In this document: positions 42,001-52,249 of the stretch, in pieces
How positions within the stretch are numbered: position 1 is the first letter of the stretch
How the letters are laid out: every line of letters starts with the position of its first letter
NCBI GenBank assembly: GCA_050084985.1
Contig: JBITNC010000001.1
Span: 197,966,001-198,030,000, forward strand
Direction: 5' to 3'
DNA length: 64,000 nucleotides
From: Nageia nagi
Taxonomy: Eukaryota > Plantae > Pinophyta
The notes under the pieces: model-generated
Seen by the model: only the letters and a program-made list of their open reading frames with translations
What the model was told of the DNA's origin: nothing
The model's database searches: none
Translations under genes and position numbers: made by a program

Positions 42001-42600
42001 AGTGCATCCTGAATCAATAATCCAATCATTTGAAATAGTTTGAGTCATTGAGTAGTAGGCAACAGAAGCAGCATGCTTGTTCTTCTTTTTATTATTGAAA
42101 TTTCTCACATTTGCATTTCCCTTTCCTTTTTGAGCAAATTTCTTTTTGCGACAATCATACTCTTTGTGCCCAAAGATGCCACAGAAGTTACAATTCCCAT
42201 CAAACTTTTCCTGCGGTGTTGGTTTGCTTGATCTAGCTTTGTCATTCCTTTGCTTGAAGTTGTTGTGCTTCCTGATGGTAGATGAGAATTTGTTGTCTTT
42301 GAATTTATAATGTTTGAACGTTTATTGTAAGGAGTTTTGGTTGCTCCTAGAGCAATGCTATTATACTTTGGAGAAATGTTCAACATTTTCTTGTTCAAAG
42401 CTTCCTCATGTTTCAGAAGTAGTCTAGAAAGATTGTCAAGGGAGATAACATCTTCTTCATCATCGAGCCTAGTCTCCATAACTGTGACAAAGTTACTGAA
42501 CTTTGTAGAGAGGCTTTGAAGAATAATGAAGACCATGAACTCATCATTGATCCAATTGCACCCACAGCCAACCAGTTGTGTCCTGAGGTCAATGATTTGT
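39075..42600 (-). pseudogene. Ty1/copia gag(C-terminal)-protease-integrase-RT-RNase H polyprotein with few lesions, 5'-truncated
   Basis: gag IIDLRTQLVG...IILQSL; knuckle CNFCGIFGHKEYDC (~42153-42194); WIIDSGCTNHM; LQLVHSDLMGP, LRSDNGGEY, PQQNGVAER; KARLVAKGF; LYGLKQA; YVDDLL; RTKHVE, ADLFTK. Domain order PR-INT-RT-RH is copia. One stop (41638) and about 3 frameshifts. Confidence 0.96.
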
Positions 42601-43681
42601 GTCAAAATCAAAGCTGTCAAGCCACAGCTTCCACCTTAATAACCTGGTTTGACTGACCACATTGTCAGTAGCAACCTTGAAAAATCCCATTGCATGCTTA
42701 AGATCAGTTCTTATCAAAAATCTTTCTGACATCACAAACAAAGAGAATGTTTTTATTCCTTTGACAATGGCTAACAATTCTTTATGAGTACTGGGGTACC
42801 TTTTTTCTGTATCTGTGAATGCCCCTGAGGCATATCTACAAATGACTTCTGCAACTTTTCCTCCAGGAGCTTCTTCTTGTTCTTTTAATACGGCTCCCCA
42901 ATATTCAGCAGAAGCATCTGTTTGTATCACCTTTTTCCCTGTTCCTGGAATTCTCAAAGCAGGTAAATTAGCACATTTTTTCTTTATTCTTTTCACTGCA
43001 TCTGTATGTGCTATACTCCAGGATTTTGGATTCTTAGTTAATCTCTGATTTAATAACTGTCTATCTTGAGCCAAATGACTATACCAACCAGAGATAAAAT
43101 TGACACATCCTAAAAATCTTTGTAATTGTGTCCTATCCAAAATCTCATCAGGGAATTGCTTTAAATTAGAAAAAATATGTTCTTGTAACCTGATGGTACC
43201 ATTCTGTAGATGTACTCCCAGATACTTGATGTCAGCTTTGCCAATCTCCATCTTTTGTTCTGAAAGCACCAGCCCATTAGTATACACCAAAGAATAAAAC
43301 TGCTCAAGGTGGATGATATGTTCTGAAACAGAATTGCTGTAAACTAAAATATCATCAATGTATACTATTATGAAATGGGCATAGTCTTTAAAAATTTCAT
43401 CCATTGTTGCTTGGAATATACTGGGTGCTGTTTTAAGACCAAAAGGTAGTACAGTCCACTGATATAAGCCTCTAGGAACTATAAAAGCTGTTTTAGGCTT
43501 ATCTTCTTCTCTCAGTTTGATTTGCCAAAACCCAGATTTCAAATCAAATTTAGAAAACACTTTAGCATGCTGAATCCTCTTAATGATTTCATCTTTTGAA
43601 GGCAGAGGATGTTTAACTGGTTTTATGAGTTTGTTTAAAGGTTGATAATTAACTACTAACCTTTTCTTGCCATGTACTTGC
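42601..43681 (-). pseudogene. Caulimovirid reverse transcriptase plus RNase H (RNase H C-terminus cut at ...WLDSFDFD)
   Basis: ORF 42589-43560 extends upstream in frame to 43681; PFGLKTAPSIFQ, VYIDDILVYS, LQRFLG, TDAS, KELLA, IRTD. Confidence 0.93.
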
Positions 43682-46072
43682 TCAGCTCTTGTTTACATAA
43701 AACGCATGGCAAGCAAACTCATTGTTGCTTTTTTCTATTAATCCTTTCTGCAGGAGTTCTTTGATTTCCTGGGCACACTCCTGTTGTGCTGAGGGGCTCA
43801 TCCCTTTATGATGTGCTTTTTGCTGTGGCAATTTCTCAACATCTAGTGAGATGGTACAGGTGTTTACCTTTCTGCTCCAGAATGCTGTAGGATCATTACT
43901 GCACAGATTTCTCTTAATCTTTTCTGTGATAGTCTGAAAAGCAGTATGATTAGTATGAATTTGTTTATACAACCAATCTGATTTGAATTCTTTCACCTTC
44001 TGATTTAAGGGGATTCTGACAATATTTTTTAACACCCTTGGAATAATCAGATTTTGGTTTAATATAAACTTATCTGCAAGGACCTGGAAACTCTCAAATT
44101 GACCAATGAAATCATATCCTAATAACAGATCATACGTTGGTATTTCATGAGAAGCAACAGTAATAGGATATATCTTTTTTCCTATCATTACTGGTAGTGA
44201 AGCTTCTACAGGGGATATGACTTTTTGTGTATTAAACACAATTCTATTGGTTCCAGGTTTCCACAGATCTACTGGGCATATATGATATCTAGCAAGACTT
44301 AATGATGCACCAGTATCCATTAATGCATGCACCTTATAGGGTTTATACCCATCATATTTTAAAGAAATCTCAGCAACAGGCATATGGGGTTTATCATTCA
44401 TATTTACCTCATGTTGCTGGCTAGGTGCTTCTTCATCTTGTGTTTCTTGAGTAAGGAGCCCTTGCTGTGCCTCGAGCTGTTCAGCTTCTTCATACAAGGC
44501 TTCTTCATACTCAAGATCCTGAGCAAACTGGGTTTCTTCTGCTACCAGCTCATCTAATTCCTTTTGTGCACGTTCCAGGAATCTGCTCAACTTCTCTATT
44601 CTAGAGATCCTCCATTCTGTTCTCTTGGCTATATCTTTTTTAGAAGGAACAGTTAATGTTTGAGCATATTTATCAAAAATGGAGGAAGGTCTTGGTGGTA
44701 TTACCTCAGGACAGTGTAACTGTGCTTTGACATCAGGAGCACAGGGTACCACTGGGCTTTTACCCTTCTTCTTATTCAAATCCTCTTCTGCTTTTCTTTT
44801 AACCTCTCTTTCCCTGAACTGTCCAAATTCAAGTACACCAATAGGTTCTGGAGAAGATGCTCTGGAATGTACTTGTTTTGACTGTGAGGGCCACAATCCT
44901 TCTTCATGCAGGCTGGACAGATCTTCATGGATAGCTTTCTTATGTTTGTCACGATTAGTTCCCCAGAAAGCTCTACACTGTTGAGTAACATGGCTTTTCA
45001 ATCCACACTGTGCACAAGGAAGATGTGGTCTGACAACTGGTCTACTAGGAGGAGAAAGAGGAGTATACACAGGTGCTGATTGTTCTGAAGATTGTACTTG
45101 CAGAGCACGCTGAGTTTGGATTTGAATATTGCGTTGCTCTACTTCTTCACGTTTCTGCTGGAGTTTCAGGGCTTCAATGTGTTGAAGAGTGAGCTTATGG
45201 ATTAGATCAGAGAGATTATGACGTTGATGGATTAAATGAGGAGGTAAGGACTCAAGTTGTTGAGTCAGGTTGAGAATTTGGATTTTGATTTGTTCAGGAT
45301 TTTGGAACAGTGGATTATATTGATTGGTACTGGGAGTAGCAGTATTCATGAATATAGGATTGTAATAATCAAGAGAGGAATCTATACAAAATCCTTTGTC
45401 AGACAGATCATCATTCTCAAACATATTTACATGATCTGACATGTCAGAATCAGAAGTTTCTGAATTCACATTGATTTCTGCACTAGAAGAACTTATAGAA
45501 GAATCTTCACATTCATAATTATAATGAACTTCAAAATCAGAGCATACTGATTCTAATTCAATGTCATAACTGCCTGAATCTGAATAACACACAGTATGTA
45601 CAAAATTAACTTTGGCAGTACCTTTCTTTGTACTTCTCTGAGGACATTTGGAGGCATAATGTTGGCCTTTGCAAATGTAACAGGAGACTGCCCCTCCTGC
45701 CTTCCTTCTTTTAGAAAACCTCTTGAATCTGAATTTAGGTTTTCTTGTGGCTTCCCTTCTGTACTTCATCTTTTTTCTTCTTTTCTTTTTCTTGCACTTG
45801 CAAGAGAAGGATCCACACTTGCAGCCTTTATACTTTTTCTTGGAAGACTTTCTGCCATAGTATTTGTCCTTACAACCAAATTGATTAGTTTCATGGTCAA
45901 GACAGAATTTATCTAACATCTTATTCTTTTTAGACTGTACTTTAGTCTTTCTTTCAGCACACAAGTCATTATGAACAGAAATGATGTACTGTCTTAACTG
46001 ACCAAATGTAAGATTTGCAAGAACAATATTACCTTTCCTCTTAAGGTACTCTTGTTTGAAGTATTTTGGCAT
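43682..46072 (-). pseudogene. Caulimovirid polyprotein middle part: CP C-terminus, Zn knuckles, coiled coil, aspartic protease, RT N-terminus
   Basis: 796-aa ORF; CYICKGQHYASKC (45644-45682), CAQCGLKSHVTQQC (44975-45016), LMDTGASLS (~44310), LLLGYDF, EIKELLQKGLIEKS; frameshift at ~43685. Confidence 0.9.
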
Positions 46073-46084
46073 GCCCTCCAGAAG

Positions 46085-47695
46085 CTAGACTTTGTAAGCT
46101 TCATTATACACTTCTCTGCTCTGATAGTACCATTGCTGCATTTTATTAAGGTACTCAGGCAGTTTCTTCATGGAGCACAATCTGGCGCCCATAAAAGCAT
46201 TCTTGCCCAGTTGTATGTCATCTGCAATATCTCCTACAAACTCTGTACCTACTGCTGCTAGTAGGTTTACATGACTGCCGCCAAGCCTATCTTTTGAATC
46301 TTGGTGCAGGCTATTCCACCAGTTGGCCAGATTGCCATTAAAACCTGTAATCAAAATAGAGTAAATTTGCTCATTTGTCATATGATTACCTTCATATTGG
46401 AATGCTGCCCAACCATACATGGCTCGCAGTACTTTGTTGGCTTCTTCACGGCTCATGTTGTCCATGTTCCAAATCATGGGTCCTGACAAGGCTTTTGGAA
46501 CATTAGGGAGATCTTGCATTCTTTTGTCTGTGGGAATAGTGAATCCTCCCACAGGATCATGTTCTGCCACAGCACTGGATTCTTCATCATGATAGCCAAT
46601 AGACAGTCTAGAGCCTTGCTCCATGTGTATATATTTTTCCCTTTCAGCTCTAGCCTTAAAATAAGGTGACAGAGGAGTCTTGATTTCTCTTTTAGCTTCT
46701 TCCTTTGCTTTGGCTCTCCTCTCTGCTTCTAGTTCTTCGAACTGCCTCTGCTGTGCTGTAATAACATCTTCAAAAGAGGCTTCACTCTTTCCATGAGGTC
46801 TTCTAACAGGAGGTGGAGGAGTGAGAACTTTTTCTATCTTATGAAATTCATGTTCTGTTCTTGAAGCATTTCTCTGTACAGAAACAGTAAGATTATCAAG
46901 AACAGGAGCAATAGCAGTTACCTTTTCCTCAACGGAGGCCAAACTTTCTTCAACCTTTTTCTGCTGCTCTTCTTTGGCTTTTCTTCGTGCTTCTTTTGCA
47001 GCAAGAGCATTGGCTGTCATTCTTTGTGCTTCTGCCCATCTTTCTTGAAGATTTCTTTGATTATCCACTATCTGCTGTTGAGACTTGCGCAGTTCAGCAA
47101 TGTCTGCATAGATTTGTCTGGAAGTTCCGTACACATTGTGTACACCCAAATTAGTCCAGGTGGCCAGCTTTTCTCCCATGGTATGCTTGCTTGCATCCTG
47201 GCTGGTTCTGACGAATGAATAGGCAGTTTCATGCCCATCATCGTCCTTATAAGTAATATCTTCCAATTTGGGGAAAGATAATGACAAACCCTTTTTTGAA
47301 CTAGTTCCTGCACTAGTTTCTTCAGTGGATATCATGTTACAAAATTTAGTAGGGCAGTTAACCTTCTTATTGCATATATCACACATATGTACATCAGCAT
47401 TATGAATACAGGTATTGACGGTATTCTGTACATACCCTTTCTTGCTTTTCAAAGCAAGATATGCAGCAACTTGAGCTTGGATTTTGTCTGCTCTTTCTGG
47501 AGGAAACATTCTGATGCTTCCATCTGACATTTGAACAGGAACTAAGGAGCTTTGAGGGACAAACTCCTTTTCTTCTGTCTCTTCCTCTTGATACATAGGT
47601 TTGGTTGGAACACGAGCTGAGCTGCTTCTTTTGAAGGAAATGGCTGAATGATCTGAGTCAATGTGACGAACATCTTTACCAAGTCTGGCAGTAAG
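46085..47695 (-). pseudogene. Caulimovirid polyprotein N-terminal part: possible movement-protein tail, coiled coil, coat protein core
   Basis: Same frame as the 43682-46072 ORF, separated by a single TAG (46085-46087); CP motif; AISFKRSSSAR resembles the segment after the MP domain in such viruses (inference). Confidence 0.85.
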
Positions 47696-47901
47696 TACTA
47701 GGTTGTGTAGGAGAGAGCAAGAGAAAAGTTGTAAGAGAGGCATAGATTGAGAATAGAGAACTAGTTGTGGATGTACTCCCAAGGAGGGAGGAACCACATT
47801 ATATTGGTGTCATATTGTGGGAATGTGTTAGTAGCTTGTAGATGTTGCATGTTGAATGTGATTGAGCTTTCTATAGTCTTGGACCTAGGCTAATTCCATC
47901 A
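47696..47901 (+). repeat. Truncated 3' LTR (first ~282 bp and PPT missing)
   Basis: Matches 37929-38147; ends CCATCA followed by TSD TACAC. Confidence 0.93.
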
Positions 47902-50172
47902 TACACTTTCCAACATCCACATCCAAGAATCTCCCTAAGAGAGTATTTGTCCCACGTGGCGCTCTATGACAGTGAAATCTCAAAAAAGCATGCTCTTGGT
48001 GACTCATGGACCCATGATGTGTGGATCCTCTGTGCGATCTTTTCATGTTATTTGCTCTTTCACTCGTTTCTTCATCTTTTGGATCATCCTCATCTTCAGA
48101 AATAGAACGTGGAAAATTAGGGTTCCTAGTGTTCCTTTTTGGGGCCTTTTATTTCCCAAACCAAGCATCCATCTTGGTCTTTTGGTTCTGCACCACCTCT
48201 ATCATGTTTTTCATTGATGTAAAGAGATCATTGAATTTTCTTTCTAGCATGGACTCTTTGGTTGTATATCCGTATTAGATCTAACCTCAACGAAAATATC
48301 CCAACAATGCCTTGACTGGACATTTTGCTCCACAAGTCTAAAAATGTTTTTAAAACATTGAAACGGCCCTTCCAATGCTAGACGCTTGATTCCAAGGGTC
48401 GACTAGGTATCTATGATGCATAGAAAAATTCCAACAAAACCCTCAATGCTAGATCTAAACTCATGTAGCCAAATGTATCCTCAAACTTGCTCAATCTTCC
48501 TCTTAAGACTAGACGTTCCACCTTGGGCTCAATATGCCTCCACATCTGACCTGAAATTGCAAACTTCAATCTCTCCAATGGCAGATATGGGATATAAAAT
48601 TAGTCTTTTCAGCAATGAATTGTAAATGCAAACCCTGGATGGATTTGCCTCTCAAGTAGGTAGATAGCTCTAGGGTTTTATCCCTCAAGCCTCTAGAGGC
48701 TTTGATCCTCTAGGAACCCCAATAATCTCTTGCAAAATTTCCAATGTACAAGAGCCAAAATAAATGGCTAGCCACAATAATATTCTCCCAAGGAAACAAC
48801 AATATTCTCAATAGTCTGATCTCACAAATGAAATGCTTCCTCCTTTATATAAACAATACTCCTCATTAGGGTTTCTAAAAACATCCTTTAGATCCAACGC
48901 ACCATGTTGCTCCATGTTGGGGATTAAGTCTCCATCATTAGATGCTCAAGATTGAATCCCCACATGGATGGCCCACAATCACTTAAAAGGTTATTCAAGC
49001 ACATGCTTAAATAAAAGTACTAATGTATTTGGCATATTATAATGTTACTTTATAAAAAAAATAAAAACATATCCCTTAAATACTTTTCCACTTCACTAAA
49101 ATAACTGTAAAGCACTTCTAACTTGTCCAAGAGGATGGACATTTCTCCCTTGGAGATACTTATTCAACACTTAGACAAAAACAAGATAATATTTACAATG
49201 CTACCAAGGAACAACATAATCACTCAATTCATGTCAACATCCTTGTTTTGCACCACCAATTAGAATCTCGTAAAATCATGGGACACAAGAGGAGATAAAC
49301 ACTTCAGCACACCCGCACTCAACTTACAACAACAGACTTTTGCTCTACCTCTCTTTGAGTGACAACATTGTGAAGAATAATTGGTACTGTAAGGCAATCT
49401 AACACTGTAGTCCGAAAAACCCAATTGGCATCCTTTGCAACAAGCATGAACCTAACTATATTTACAAGTATATGCATGGTTTATGAAGATCCAATATAAT
49501 AGATTGAAATGGAGAATTATAAGGTATAAAAAGAGAAAATACAAAGGATGAATCCGGACCTATATATTTGTGTTGAGTCTTTCTAATCCTTTGAGCAACC
49601 ATGCATTACAGGAAATGTAGAATTTGATTAAACCATTTTTGTCAGAGTTCAATTCAACGAACCCTAAAATTAGAAATTTTTCCATTGCTTCCGAGGCATT
49701 TGTGTAGCTCCAAGGATATAAAGTGAAGGAAGGAGTCATTGTTGTTTCTCTTAATTTCTAACTGCAAGAAGGGTCCATTCTGAAGGGACTTTTGAAAGCA
49801 TCAAACATTCTAAGGGTGACTTCTTGAAAAAAAATTTATCATTCTATTTTTTTTTATCTTGCGGTGAGAGGGCCTTCCCAAAGATCAATGTTTTATGAAT
49901 TTTTCATCACATTTAAAATTATATGGATAACAGGTATCAAAAACAAGAATACTACAAGACCCACTAATAACATTATACCATTTCAAAAGAGCAACAAAGA
50001 AAACCTTGTCTTCTCAATTTATTTTAAATATTTGACTGCATTACACAAGGTATGCTGAGTTATCATCTTATGAGCCCAAGAATACTGTGTACCACCCCAT
50101 AAATGCAATGTAACAAAAAAAATAGTAAAAACATATTTAGGAACTTTTATGAAGTAGAATAAAATAGTATAC

Positions 50173-50283
50173 CACATATTTTTCCTTGCAAAAGTCCTGA
50201 ATAGAGTCCCAAAGAGTTCTTTTTAACACATGAACATCGACTTGTTTTGATGTTTTGTCATAGTCTACTTCGATCTTTTGAAC
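50173..50283 (-). CDS. CAPH: CAP-H penultimate exon (VQKIEVDYDKTSKQVDVHVLKRTLWDSIQDFCKEKYV), absent from the ORF track
   Basis: 111 bp, tgtgcag|GTT...GTG|gtatac, phase 0/0; conserved Cnd2 motif. Confidence 0.93.
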
Positions 50284-52249
50284 CTGCACAATAAAAGCAC
50301 AAACTGAAGTCTAACTTGCTAAAATAAATGAAGTTCCAACAGTCAGTACTATAACCCTAATTATCAGAAGCTTCTAATGTGCAGAATCCTACTATATATA
50401 TAAGAGGCATGGATCCAAAAAGTTATTTAGACCTTCTGTAATAATTAATATCAACATCTTCCTAAATCATTTTGAAGACCTAGAGGAAGACTGTTGTTCA
50501 GATTTTGAAAATATGAGAAACAATTGTTAATGTGCATTGCATGATTGGCAGTGATACACCCTATAGGAGTATCTTTTATGACTATATAAAATATGAGATT
50601 CAATAACTCGGGAGGAAAATTATAATGATCTTTCACATGAGGCGACTTGTTATTTATTGTTTAGAGTATTTCAATTAGATGAAGATAATCATGATCAAGT
50701 CATGTCTACCCTTATCATTTTGTTGGCAATTTTATTCAAACTGAAGTTATATTGCAACGAAAATAAGACATCAAATTGACAGTCAATGTCTTATTCTCAC
50801 TACTTGAGAAAAAAATCAAAAGTTATAAGACACTGAAAGTATGTTTCCATTTAAGTCCAAGCTATGGGGTTAGATCATAATGTTTCCTGAATGTTTTCAA
50901 ATTGTTTTTTGGGAGTATCTATTTTGCCAAGCGTTTTTTAAAATGTAAAGTTCCTTATACTCCAATTACTGTTTTCTTCAGGCAATCTGAGAAAAGCTAT
51001 ATCAAATACTTATGTCTTTTAATGGCAAAGCTTAATGATTACTTTCATTGCATTAGATATATTTCCCTTTTTTTCTATGTTAAACAGATATTCCTCCACC
51101 ATTAAATAGATGTGTCAGCTTTCTAATGATGATTTTTCATTTAGTTTTTATAAACACTATTTTTTTTGAAGAAGGAATCTTTGGTTATGTTTTGAATTGA
51201 ATGATTTCAAGGCCTTTACTGTTATGTTGGTTTTGATAAGTTTGAGTTTTGTTTGATTCCGTAATTGATTTTCTATCTTATCAAGGAAAGAGAGAGATTT
51301 ATTTATATTGGTCTTCCCTTGTTTATATACTGTCGGTTATATATTGCATCATAGTTCTGTTTATGTTTCTCATCTATTTTCTGTGTGCAAAGCAGGTTAT
51401 TAGAACAGAATATATTATTGATTTGAGTCGTACTGCTCCTGTCACTCCAATAGTAGAAATTCCATCAGTAAATTCTCATAATACTGATTTATCCAATGTC
51501 TGAATTCTCTTTTTTTTATTTTTTTAAAGTAGAATCATAACAAGTAGTATCATAACTGTTTCCATGGCCGAAGTATTTGTTCGAACCATTCCGTTCGCAT
51601 AGTACTATATCCTATTTAGAATCTGTTAGTTATAAAAATTTTAAACAGTCCATAGACTAAGCGGTACATTATAAAAAAAGTAGTGTTGAAGCTTCGCACT
51701 GCAAAAGGCCACAAAAGAAAGAGTAAAATAGTGAGAGATTACTTGGTTTTGAGTTGGTCTATTACAGCAAAAAAAATTCAAAAAATTGCAAAAAAGCCAA
51801 CAAAATTACTCATAAACAATCCAAAATTACAAAAAACAAAATTTTAAAACAGGTTTTTCTTAGTTACCCCATCCCACATCTCCACAAATTTTCAATCGCC
51901 CATCTTGCATATTTCAATTTTACCCCAAAAAATCTCATTTTCCCATTCTCATTAATTAGCATAAAAATCCAAAAATACCCATTATGACCCCAGAAACTAG
52001 AGAAGCTTCAAAAATCAAGAGTGGCAAAAAGGAGGGGAACAATTGGCACAACAAACCTCACAAAGTGCCATTCTCCATGGGAATTTGGAACGATATGCAT
52101 CAATGATGTCAGGACTCCAAAATACCCAAGATATTTTGGCCACCGAATTGACATCTTGGCACAATCAATAACATTCATAAGCAACCACACCTAAATTTGA
52201 TCAAGGGGAAACTAACAGAAGACGTTGCTACCATTATCGTGAGAATTAT

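Larger units (their letters stand above)
42601..47695 (-). mobile_element. Endogenous caulimovirid (pararetrovirus) segment, 5,095 bp, truncated at both ends
   Basis: Caulimovirid-type coat protein motif WNMDNMS...ITGFNGNLANWWN; RT start AFYVNK.AE..GKKRLVVNYQPLN and FSKFDLKSGFWQI; RNase H QTDASAEYWGAVL...ICRYASGAF..TEKRY. Confidence 0.9.
37647..47901 (+). mobile_element. Rearranged composite LTR element: copia LTRs/PBS (+) enclosing an inverted copia gag-pol (-) and a caulimovirid segment (-)
   Basis: TSD TACAC at 37642-37646 and 47902-47906; left LTR TG...CA at 37647-38147; right LTR partial at 47696-47901, matching 37929-38147 with 2 substitutions and 2 indels. Confidence 0.93.
32800..48270 (-). 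mobile_element. Old non-autonomous Ty3/gypsy derivative (gag-protease, no RT/integrase seen) split by later insertions; own pieces at ~32800-34015, 36494-37034, 47906-48270
   Basis: 47906-48250 and 36580-37034 are inverted homologs of 30480-31260; protease ATHNFID at ~36520-36556 continues into 33867-34015; FEDK-type end followed by a purine tract (32883-32892 on -) and an LTR start. Confidence 0.75.

Noticed and set aside
42105-43560. Functional in-frame virus RNase H-copia gag fusion protein
   Set aside because: The junction is out of frame: the viral frame stops 3 codons later (TNH*), and both partners are truncated.
43682-46087. Programmed readthrough (46085) and programmed frameshift (43685)
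   Set aside because: Both fall inside conserved domains (CP and RT) and are simply explained by a C>T change and an AG dinucleotide loss. This stays unproven until other copies are compared.
42601-47695. Ty3/gypsy element rather than a virus
   Set aside because: The CP WN.D...GF.G.L..WW, RT AFYVNK.AE and RNase H CRYASG.F motifs are caulimovirid-type. Absence of integrase was not used as evidence because the segment is truncated there.
47696-47797. N-terminus of the 570-aa ORF as viral protein
   Set aside because: These ~34 codons are the antisense strand of the right LTR, open by chance and starting at a non-ATG codon.
37647-47901. Currently transposition-competent chimeric element
   Set aside because: There is no PPT or U3 at the right LTR, the ORFs are antisense to the LTR promoter, and they are disrupted.
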